Shown here: positions 56,283-64,000 of the stretch, in pieces
Position numbering within the stretch: the stretch's first letter is position 1
Layout of the letters: each line of letters opens with the position of its first letter
Source of the DNA: Nanobdellota archaeon
GTDB lineage: Archaea; Nanobdellota; Nanobdellia; Woesearchaeales; WJKV01
NCBI GenBank assembly: GCA_023133595.1
Contig: JAGLWF010000005.1
Coordinates: 29,640-93,639, forward strand
Length of the DNA stretch: 64,000 bases
Direction: 5' to 3'
The notes under the pieces: generated by a model
Database searches by the model: none
Seen by the model: only the letters and a program-made list of their open reading frames with translations
What the model was told of the DNA's origin: nothing
Translations under genes and position numbers: made by a program

Positions 56283-57165
56283 GTCTGAACCTCCATTCTC
56301 CAAATATTCCATTTGGTTTGTAAATCATCAATAAAATCAATAACGCAGCATAAATCATAACGCGCAATGCAGCTGCCATCGAAGTAGGCAGTCCTAAAAA
56401 TCTTAATGGTTCTGGAAGCAAAACTAAGATTGTCGCACCAATCACAGAACCTCTTATCGATGCTACTCCTCCAAGAACAACCATACATACTATGAGAATA
56501 GTCTCCATTAATGTGAATGTTGTTGGATCAATGAATGTTATGTGGTGCGCGAACAATGAACCAGCAATACCTGCACAGGCAGCACCAGTAATTACAACAA
56601 TCACTTTGTACTTCTTGATATTCTTTCCAATTGCTTGCGCAGCAATCTCGTCTTCTCTAATCGCGCGCAAAACCCGGCCAAAAGGAGATTTTACAATCTT
56701 TGAAACAAACAAGACAACAAGTATTGCAATAATCAATGCAAATATGAAGAATTGAAACTTTGTTGTCAAAGTCAATCCAAAGAAAGAAATCTTTGGAATT
56801 CCAGGCAGACCTAACGGCCCTCTAGTAAGCGAGACCCAATTCTTCATCACAGCTCTCGCTATCTCTCCAAATCCTAAAGTCGCGATTGCAAGATAATCTC
56901 CTCTTAATTTCAATGAAGGATATGCAATCATTGCACCGCCCAAGCCTGCGAAAAATACAGCTGCAATAAAACATATCCAGTAAGGATATCCAGCTAATGC
57001 TAATAATGCAGACGCATATGCACCTATTCCGAAAAATGCAGCATGACCTAGATTAAGCATGCCAGAGTAACCAATAATAAGGTTAAGACTGACTGAAAGG
57101 ATCACATATATGCAAATTAATATCAGCAAATTCAATGCATAATTGCTTGCAAAAAATTCCAGCAT
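56257..57165 (-). CDS. livM: Branched-chain amino acid ABC transporter permease LivM.
   Basis: Polytopic membrane protein. Position and similarity. Confidence 0.8.
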   Translation of the reverse strand: MLEFFASNYALNLLILICIYVILSVSLNLIIGYSGMLNLGHAAFFGIGAYASALLALAGYPYWICFIAAVFFAGLGGAMIAYPSLKLRGDYLAIATLGFGEIARAVMKNWVSLTRGPLGLPGIPKISFFGLTLTTKFQFFIFALIIAILVVLFVSKIVKSPFGRVLRAIREDEIAAQAIGKNIKKYKVIVVITGAACAGIAGSLFAHHITFIDPTTFTLMETILIVCMVVLGGVASIRGSVIGATILVLLPEPLRFLGLPTSMAAALRVMIYAALLILLMIYKPNGIFGEWRFRHAKSKEAL

Positions 57166-58052
57166 TATACACTAACCTCCTCTCCTTTTTTCACACCGAA
57201 AATTCCAGTCGGCTTGAACAATAAGAAGAATAACAATACTGCGAATGCAATCGCATCTTTGTATCCAGACGGAATAAACCAGATACCAATGTTTTCAATC
57301 AAACCAATCATGAATCCTCCTAATACTGCCCCGTAGATATTACCGATACCGCCGACAACAGCTGCTGTGAAGCTCTTGATGCCAATAGAGACACCCATTG
57401 TCGGTGTCAGGTTTTGTTCCATGCCAACCAATATGCCTCCTGCAGCTGCCAAAGCAGAGCCAATAATGAAAACATATGAGATAACTTTATTAGGATTAAT
57501 TCCGACAATGGACGCAACTTCATAATTATCAGCAACAGCACGCATTGCTTTTCCTGTTTTTGTATATTTGATATAAAAGTGTAATGCAACCATCAATGCG
57601 ACTGAGACAATAATGATCACAATTTGAATCTTTGTGATAATAGCATCAATAAAAGGGATTGTAATGCCCCGCACAACCTCTCCTGTCCTGAACGTCCTGA
57701 TCTGCGCGCCAAAAATTAATATTGCCAATGCCTGCAAAAAAAGCGAGATACCAATCGCAGTTATTAACGGAGGCAGCATGCCACGGCCACGCAAAGGTTT
57801 GTACGCTATTTTGTCAATTACAAAACCAGCAACAGCGCACCCCAGCATTGCCAATACTCCAGCAACAATAACATTCACACCTAAAAGAATATTAAAGACC
57901 CACCCAAGATACGCGCCAAGCATGAACACTTCTCCATGCGCAAAGTTTATGAACCTCAGAATTCCATACACCATTGTATAGCCAAGCGCGACTAATGCAT
58001 ATATTCCACCAGCTATAATACCATTAATAATGAGCTGTGCTGCTATTCCCAT
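57165..58052 (-). CDS. livH: Branched-chain amino acid ABC transporter permease LivH.
   Basis: Polytopic membrane protein. 1-nt overlap with livM. Confidence 0.8.
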   Translation of the reverse strand: MGIAAQLIINGIIAGGIYALVALGYTMVYGILRFINFAHGEVFMLGAYLGWVFNILLGVNVIVAGVLAMLGCAVAGFVIDKIAYKPLRGRGMLPPLITAIGISLFLQALAILIFGAQIRTFRTGEVVRGITIPFIDAIITKIQIVIIIVSVALMVALHFYIKYTKTGKAMRAVADNYEVASIVGINPNKVISYVFIIGSALAAAGGILVGMEQNLTPTMGVSIGIKSFTAAVVGGIGNIYGAVLGGFMIGLIENIGIWFIPSGYKDAIAFAVLLFFLLFKPTGIFGVKKGEEVSV

Positions 58053-58130
58053 CCGAAGCCTCTTTCATATGTACGAATAGAATATGATTTATAAATATAT
58101 AGGAAAAATAAAAAAGTAAAAAAGAAGATT

Positions 58131-59267
58131 TTATTCCAGATCTACAAATTCTCCATTCTCTACTCTCATCAATATCAATTCTTTGATAGCATCACCATTT
58201 TCATCGATTGTCAGCTTGCCACCTGCACCAGTATAATCTGTAACGGTGTAGAGGTAATCCTTGATTTCAGTTCCGGTTATATGTCCTTGTTTCATTGCAT
58301 CTGCAAACAAATAGACTACATCATAAGCATTTGCAGAATATGATGTCAATTCAGGTTTGTACCCAAATCGATCATTGAATTTCTGCAAAAACTCTGCGGT
58401 TTTTGGAGCGGCTTCATCAAATGTTGGTGTTGAAACCACCATTCCTTCTGCAGCTTCTCCAGAATCTACTAAAACTTTGTCAACACACATTGACTCTGGT
58501 GCAAACACTGGAAGATCTACATCTAATTCTTTCATTTGAACCAAGATGATTGTTCCGTCTGCAGGATAAGGAACTAGATAAAGAGCTTCTGGAGCAGCGT
58601 CTTTGATTTTTGTGATCTGAGTTCTCATATCTTTTGCATCCTGTTCATAATTTTGTTCAACGACAATTTCTCCGCCAAGTTCTGTGAATTTTTTAGAGAA
58701 AACATTTCGAAGACCAAGATTATAATCACTATTTGCGTACATTATAGCAACTTCTCTGTATCCTTCATCGTACATATAGATTGCCATTATTTCTCCCTGC
58801 AATGCGTCTGAAGGACATGCTCTAAAGATATAATCCCCAGATTCTGTAATATCAGCATTTGTGCTTCCAGGACTCATTAAAACAACTTTAGCTTCTTCTG
58901 CAATTGGTGCAACAGCCAAAGTTTCAGACGAACAGAAACCTCCGACAATTGCCTGGACTTTATCTATCTCAATTAATTTTTGAGCTGCATTTGTTGCATC
59001 TTTTGGTTTGCACAGGCCATCTTCTGGAACCAGCTCAAGCATTCTTCCATTGATTCCGCCAGCTGTATTTATTTCTTCAACAGCAAGTAATGCACCGTCC
59101 CGCCATCCTTCACCGTAAGGTGCAACATCTCCTGTCAACGGTCCGATGAAACCAATTTTTATCGGTTCTTTTGTTTCTTCCCCAGCAGGTTGCATCTCTG
59201 TCGGAGCACATCCAACCACAAGAATCGTTATTAATAAAATTGACATCAAAATCATATAGTTTTTCAT
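58131..59267 (-). CDS. Lipoprotein substrate-binding protein (type I periplasmic binding fold, Liv-like), copy 1.
   Basis: Signal plus lipobox ILVVGCAP, then the IKIGFIGPLTGDVAPYGE motif. Confidence 0.8.
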   Translation of the reverse strand: MKNYMILMSILLITILVVGCAPTEMQPAGEETKEPIKIGFIGPLTGDVAPYGEGWRDGALLAVEEINTAGGINGRMLELVPEDGLCKPKDATNAAQKLIEIDKVQAIVGGFCSSETLAVAPIAEEAKVVLMSPGSTNADITESGDYIFRACPSDALQGEIMAIYMYDEGYREVAIMYANSDYNLGLRNVFSKKFTELGGEIVVEQNYEQDAKDMRTQITKIKDAAPEALYLVPYPADGTIILVQMKELDVDLPVFAPESMCVDKVLVDSGEAAEGMVVSTPTFDEAAPKTAEFLQKFNDRFGYKPELTSYSANAYDVVYLFADAMKQGHITGTEIKDYLYTVTDYTGAGGKLTIDENGDAIKELILMRVENGEFVDLE

Positions 59268-59271
59268 ATTA

Positions 59272-60381
59272 TCACTCCCCCAATTTTATAAATTTTCCCT
59301 CTTTTACTGTTTTGATTATTGGTGGTTTTGCAACATCACCGTTCTCATCAAAAGTGGTAATGCCGCTAACGCCTGGAAAATTTTTAGTTGAGTATAATGC
59401 GTTTTTGATTGTTTCACTGTCAATACCGTTTTCCATGGCCTGTGCGATAATTTTAAGCGCATCGTATGCAGTCGCTGCGAATATCTCGCTTTGTTTGCCA
59501 TATTTTGCTTGGAACCTTTCCTGGTATCCCTTAGCTTCTCCTCTTGCCTCATCTATTGCAAAAGAAGAATAATACAAACCTTCTAACGCGTCGCCAGCAA
59601 TACCCAAAGCTTCTTCTGATTCTGCAGTACTTACTGATAATGTTTGTGCGTCTAATCCTATTTCTTTTATCTGCGTTACGATTCTAGCAATCTCATTGGT
59701 GTATCCTCCAATAAAGATAGAATCAGGATTCGCAGATTTTATTTTTGTTAGTTGTGTTCTGAAATCAGCGCTCTCCTGCTCGTATGATTCGATAGCAACT
59801 ATATTTCCATCAAAATTTTCATTGAAGATATCCCTCAAGCCAAGACCGTAATCATTATTCACATAAATTATTGCTGCTGTTTTGTATCCTTTTTTGTTCG
59901 CGAATTCTGCCATTGCGCCAGCTTCAAAAATGTCGGATGGCCAATTTCTAAAGACATAATCGCCAGCGTCTGTTATCTTCGGGCTTGATGATGCTGTGGA
60001 CATCAGAATAATTTGTGCCTCTTCTGCAACAGAAGCCATAGTGAGAGTTGCGCTTGAGCAAATCTCTCCGATTACAACAGAAACTTTGTCAACTGTTATC
60101 AATTTTTGAATCGCATTCAATGCTTCTTTTGGCATGCATTTTCCATCTTCGTAAATAAGCTCGATTTGTTTACCATTAACTCCACCTTTTGCATTGATCT
60201 CATCTTTTGCAAGCTCAAGCCCTTCTTGGGTCCATTCACCAAAATTAGAAGCATCGCCTGTAAGCGGAGTTACAACTCCTATCTTGATTTTTTCTTCTGC
60301 CGGAACCACTTCAACTGGACCACATCCAGCTATTAGAATTGCTATTAATAGAATTGATACTAAAATTAGATATTTATTCAT
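59272..60381 (-). CDS. Lipoprotein substrate-binding protein (Liv-like), copy 2.
   Basis: Start moved to the Met at 60381 (MNKYLILVSILLIAILIAGCGP). The ORF-track N-terminal extension overlaps the next gene. Confidence 0.8.
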   Translation of the reverse strand: MNKYLILVSILLIAILIAGCGPVEVVPAEEKIKIGVVTPLTGDASNFGEWTQEGLELAKDEINAKGGVNGKQIELIYEDGKCMPKEALNAIQKLITVDKVSVVIGEICSSATLTMASVAEEAQIILMSTASSSPKITDAGDYVFRNWPSDIFEAGAMAEFANKKGYKTAAIIYVNNDYGLGLRDIFNENFDGNIVAIESYEQESADFRTQLTKIKSANPDSIFIGGYTNEIARIVTQIKEIGLDAQTLSVSTAESEEALGIAGDALEGLYYSSFAIDEARGEAKGYQERFQAKYGKQSEIFAATAYDALKIIAQAMENGIDSETIKNALYSTKNFPGVSGITTFDENGDVAKPPIIKTVKEGKFIKLGE

Positions 60382-60437
60382 ATTTATAACCCCCATATGG
60401 TGTATATAGCTATTTAAGGACTTTATATACTTTTCGT

Positions 60438-60704
60438 TTACATTCCTATAGAAAGCAGCAGAAATAGTATGGTGAATATGATCTGTACAGCCAAACATAA
60501 TCCAACAACAATCACAGTTCCAGTCAATCGGATCTGCCTGAAGCATAAGATTCCGCCGATCATCGCAATAATTATTCCCACCAGGAATCGATACATAAGA
60601 AGAACATAATTATGTCCAAGAGCGGCAGTGCCAAGATACAGTCCGCCAACTGCGCCAAACACTATGCCCAGGACAATTGCCCACAGGTAATCAAAAAATC
60701 CCAT
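60438..60704 (-). CDS. Small membrane protein (88 aa, 2-3 TM helices).
   Basis: ORF track. Hydrophobic. Confidence 0.45.
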   Translation of the reverse strand: MGFFDYLWAIVLGIVFGAVGGLYLGTAALGHNYVLLMYRFLVGIIIAMIGGILCFRQIRLTGTVIVVGLCLAVQIIFTILFLLLSIGM

Positions 60705-61292
60705 CTACTTTGTCCTCCGCGATTTTACTTCAAGTTTTCCATCCATAAGTTTGATTGTTCTGTAATCTCCTTCTTCATCAAAATCCTTAAACTCAAGATC
60801 AAATGTTCCCTGCATCTTGTCAACATCATCAATTATAACCCATCCAGAAGATTCATCTGCCTGGAATACTTCTTCAATCTTATCTTCGCCTTCATAAGTT
60901 GTGATGACTTCTCTATAATTTGCAGAGGCTCTGCTGATATCGCAGACCAGATTTTGAATATCAACTTTTGTTCCTTCAACCAAAGATTTTGCATCTTTGA
61001 TCATGAACGTCAGTTCAACTGACATGAACTGGTTTTTCGAAACCTGTTTTTCATCTTTTAGTTTTATGAGTGTTGTTTTTCCATCCGCTGCAAGTGTCGG
61101 CTTATAATCCCACTCGCTCTGGATCTTGAACGGTCCAGTAGAACCAGCTTTTGTCATTGTCGCAGAAGCAATAACTTCATATTCTATATTCACTAAACCT
61201 AATCTAGGTTCTAATCGATAAGCAATACCAAACAATAGAACAACTATTATTATCACCAGAACAAATTTTAATTGTTTGCCAATAAAGCCCAT
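60705..61292 (-). CDS. N-terminally membrane-anchored protein (~195 aa) of unknown function.
   Basis: Start at the internal Met (MGFIGKQLKFVLVIIIVVLLFGIAY). Confidence 0.45.
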   Translation of the reverse strand: MGFIGKQLKFVLVIIIVVLLFGIAYRLEPRLGLVNIEYEVIASATMTKAGSTGPFKIQSEWDYKPTLAADGKTTLIKLKDEKQVSKNQFMSVELTFMIKDAKSLVEGTKVDIQNLVCDISRASANYREVITTYEGEDKIEEVFQADESSGWVIIDDVDKMQGTFDLEFKDFDEEGDYRTIKLMDGKLEVKSRRTK

Positions 61293-61353
61293 CTTACCTC
61301 TATATAGGCAGATGTTTTCCTTTATAAATCTATTGAAAAAGAAAAAGAAAAAA

Positions 61354-62445
61354 TTATTCCAAAGGAACAATTTCTTTGTCTGTAATCACTTTCAACATGA
61401 AGTCTTTATGCGTATCTCCATTTTGATCAATTGTTATCTTTCCAGCCAATGTTTCCTTATCATTGAAATCGTAAAGATATTCTTTGATAGCATCTGCATC
61501 ATAGCCAACTTCTTCAATTGCTTCAGCAATAATACCAACAGCTGCTGCAGACTCAAGCATATAAGCGATTGCTGGAGCTTCTATTCCATATCGCTCTTCG
61601 TATCTTTCATTGAATTCTTCCAATCTTTTTTGATCAAGCTTTGGAGTTGCAAATATCATTCCTTCAACAATTTCATTGTGTGAAAGTATTTCCGGTGTTT
61701 CAAAAGCTGAATTGCCATAAATCGGAATTTCAAAACCTAATTCCTTATACTGGATAACTAATGCCTCTGCAGGATCAATTCCTTGTGTAATAATAAACAA
61801 AACTTCGGGTTTTGCAGCTTTGATCTTTGTCAAAATTGTCCTGAAATCTCGTTCATCTGGAGAAAATTGTTCATGAGCAACAACTTCTCCATCAAAGTAT
61901 TCTTTGAATTGCACAGGAATTGCAATTGCATAATCAGTTTGTTCATTAATGATTGCAATCTTCTTGAAACCTTGTTTGTTCATGTGCTCTGCGATAATTT
62001 GGCCTTCCATGTTTAATGGAGAATTTCTGAAAACATAATCCCCAGCATCTGTAACAGCCGGACTTGTTGTGATCGAAGCAAAAAGGATTACTTTGTTCTC
62101 ATTTGCAATCGGTGCTGCTGCCAATGTTTCAGGAGTACAATGGCCTCCAAGAACAACTTCTACCTTATCATGATGGACAAGCTTTTGCATTGCTAAAGTC
62201 GCTGTTTTTGAATTGCATTCCCCATCTTCAACTATCAATTCTATGGGTTTTCCATTAATACCTCCTTCTGCATTAATTCTATTAACTTCTAACATAGCAG
62301 ATCTTAGTGCAGGTTCACCATATGGAGCTACAGGTCCAGTTAAAGCTGAAATCCAGCCTATTTCAATGCTATCGCTCTCAAGAGTCTGGCCACACCCAGT
62401 AACCAGGAACAAGATTACCATAATTATTGCGATTAATTTCTTCAT
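61354..62445 (-). CDS. Lipoprotein substrate-binding protein (Liv-like), copy 3.
   Basis: MKKLIAIIMVILFLVTGCGQ ... IGWISALTGPVAPYGE. Confidence 0.8.
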   Translation of the reverse strand: MKKLIAIIMVILFLVTGCGQTLESDSIEIGWISALTGPVAPYGEPALRSAMLEVNRINAEGGINGKPIELIVEDGECNSKTATLAMQKLVHHDKVEVVLGGHCTPETLAAAPIANENKVILFASITTSPAVTDAGDYVFRNSPLNMEGQIIAEHMNKQGFKKIAIINEQTDYAIAIPVQFKEYFDGEVVAHEQFSPDERDFRTILTKIKAAKPEVLFIITQGIDPAEALVIQYKELGFEIPIYGNSAFETPEILSHNEIVEGMIFATPKLDQKRLEEFNERYEERYGIEAPAIAYMLESAAAVGIIAEAIEEVGYDADAIKEYLYDFNDKETLAGKITIDQNGDTHKDFMLKVITDKEIVPLE

Positions 62446-62533
62446 TTTGATCACCCTCAATATCGTTACTACTTTTTGATGTGAGAGTATATTTAAATAT
62501 TAGCTACCCCTAAAGTAGTATGTAATGAGAGAA

Positions 62534-63256
62534 ATGGAAGAATTAGGTTTTTCTAAATGGGAGACGCAGGTATATCTAGCTCTCGTAGAGCTAGGTTCAA
62601 GCACAACAGGACCGATTGTTAAGAAATCAGGAGTCCCTCACAGCAAAATATATGAAGTTCTTGGAAAATTAATGGAAAGAGGCCTAGTTAGCTATGTAAT
62701 TAAGAAAGGCATGAAGCATTTTCAAGCTGCAGACCCAAAAATACTTCTTGACATCGAAGATGAAAGAAGAGAAAAGATAAAAAAGATAGTGCCCGAATTA
62801 AAACTCAAGCAAAAATTTGCAAAAGACCCCCAAAGAACAGAGATATTCGAAGGAAAGAAAGCTATATTTAATGCATTGACTAACCTCATAAAAGATGCAA
62901 GATCTGGAGAAGAATTTTTGTCATTTACGGTTGGGACCGAACATGAGGATCCTTCTGTCAGCAGATTCTATAAAAATTATACTGCAAAAAGATTAGAGAA
63001 AGGACTGAAACTAAAAATTCTATCAGATATCCGTTTGAAAAAGACATATGAAAAGATTTACACAAAAAAATGGATTAAAAACATCGGCAATAGATATACT
63101 CTTTTCAAATTTCCACAAGGGATTGTAATATTCAGAAATAAAGTTGTCTTTTTGGACTGGGGAGAAAGACAGACTGCCATAATCACAACTAGTAAACATA
63201 TGTCAAAACAATTCAGAAATTTCTTCTATGAATTATATAATAAGGCAAAGAAATAA
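62534..63256 (+). CDS. trmB: TrmB-family transcriptional regulator.
   Basis: N-terminal wHTH LGFSKWETQVYLALVELGSSTTGPIVKKSGVPHSKIYEVLGKLMERGLV. Confidence 0.7.
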   Translation: MEELGFSKWETQVYLALVELGSSTTGPIVKKSGVPHSKIYEVLGKLMERGLVSYVIKKGMKHFQAADPKILLDIEDERREKIKKIVPELKLKQKFAKDPQRTEIFEGKKAIFNALTNLIKDARSGEEFLSFTVGTEHEDPSVSRFYKNYTAKRLEKGLKLKILSDIRLKKTYEKIYTKKWIKNIGNRYTLFKFPQGIVIFRNKVVFLDWGERQTAIITTSKHMSKQFRNFFYELYNKAKK

Positions 63257-63724
63257 TTACTTTTTCCTAGATTTCTTCTCTAGAAACTCTTTGTCAACAG
63301 CCTGGAAATATTCTCCGACCCGTTCACGTATGGATTTCAGATAAAATTCTTCGATCTTCTCTTTGAAGATGTTATGCAGTTTATCATTCTCTGCAATTCT
63401 GTAATTATTATTGATTTTCTCGATCAGGAACAGCTCTTTCAGCCGCCGGACCTGCCTCCGCAGATTTGAAGGTGCGATCCCAGCCATTGGAAGCTTATGT
63501 TTCTTACGCAAAGAAATTACCTTGTTCTCAATATCTTTTGGACTCAGCTCTTTGTGTTTCAATAAAGAATAGAAAACATCTACAATAACATCTCTAGAAT
63601 CTCCTGGCTGTAACAAGCCGATAGATAGGCATAGTTTCGCAACCAAATTTCGGCTTTTGATTCGATATGGCCTCTCGTATTTTCGCAGGGTAATTTCCGC
63701 GAGTGCAGTATCCTTGCTTTTCAT
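63257..63724 (-). CDS. Hypothetical protein (155 aa).
   Basis: ORF track. Confidence 0.45.
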   Translation of the reverse strand: MKSKDTALAEITLRKYERPYRIKSRNLVAKLCLSIGLLQPGDSRDVIVDVFYSLLKHKELSPKDIENKVISLRKKHKLPMAGIAPSNLRRQVRRLKELFLIEKINNNYRIAENDKLHNIFKEKIEEFYLKSIRERVGEYFQAVDKEFLEKKSRKK

Positions 63725-63782
63725 CCCATATACAAAAAATGATCACAGATATTTAAATCTTTTTAATATTTGTAAGAAATGA

Positions 63783-64000
63783 TTACAATTTATTGAACAT
63801 CACAGTAACCGCTTTATCCTTTATTTTGAACTCAATCTTTTGTTCATACTGCTTTGACGGCCCTTTTGCTTCTATCTTTATGCCTTTTGCACCGCATTTC
63901 AATGCAATATCATCCACAAATTTTACCAGCATTGGCTCTAGCCCTGTCTGGACATACAAGTCGATTTGATCGCTTTTCGCAAGCCCGGCTTTCTTCCGTT
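63783..64000 (-). CDS. C-terminal fragment of a hypothetical protein (...VQTGLEPMLVKFVDDIALKCGAKGIKIEAKGPSKQYEQKIEFKIKDKAVTVMFNKL).
   Basis: Manual translation to TAA at 63785-63783. The ORF continues past the window edge. Confidence 0.4.
   Translation of the reverse strand, partial: RKKAGLAKSDQIDLYVQTGLEPMLVKFVDDIALKCGAKGIKIEAKGPSKQYEQKIEFKIKDKAVTVMFNKL

Noticed and set aside
60382-60546. N-terminal 55-aa extension of the second binding-protein ORF (59272..60546 in the ORF track).
   Set aside because: The extension overlaps the small membrane gene 60438..60704 and lacks a signal peptide. The internal Met gives a canonical lipoprotein signal and a TATA box lies upstream.

Overview
AT-rich (~35% GC), gene-dense window with overlapping, translationally coupled genes and TAA/TGA stops; it looks like a small-genome archaeon, possibly DPANN-like. 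Archaeal markers include ribosomal proteins L1/L10(P0)/L12(P1)/L11/S24e/S27ae, Spt4, RpoE', Elp3, a QueTGT-family tRNA-guanine transglycosylase, a DtdA-type deacylase, geranylgeranyl reductase, a UbiA prenyltransferase, UPPS, FtsZ and TATA-box promoters (TTTATATA). Housekeeping content: metG, NOL1/NOP2/Sun methyltransferase, dcd, a P-type Ca-ATPase, a cfa homolog, ScpA, endonuclease-type MutL, a Liv-type ABC transporter with three tandem lipoprotein binding proteins, a TrmB regulator, and a tRNA cluster (Gly-GCC, Val-UAC and a candidate doubly intron-interrupted tRNA with anticodon UAU). The first ~17.5 kb holds the most unusual content. It is a seven-gene, co-directional, overlapping operon on the minus strand encoding three giant secreted proteins (>=1400, 1362 and 1197 aa), two large proteins with archaellin/type-IV-pilin-like class III signal peptides, and two membrane proteins. 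A third paralog of the class III-signal family lies at 30.1-31.8 kb. A dockerin-like Ca-binding protein is at 40.6-41.6 kb. I read this as a candidate previously undescribed cell-surface or attachment apparatus. No CRISPR arrays, cas genes, transposases or integrases were found.
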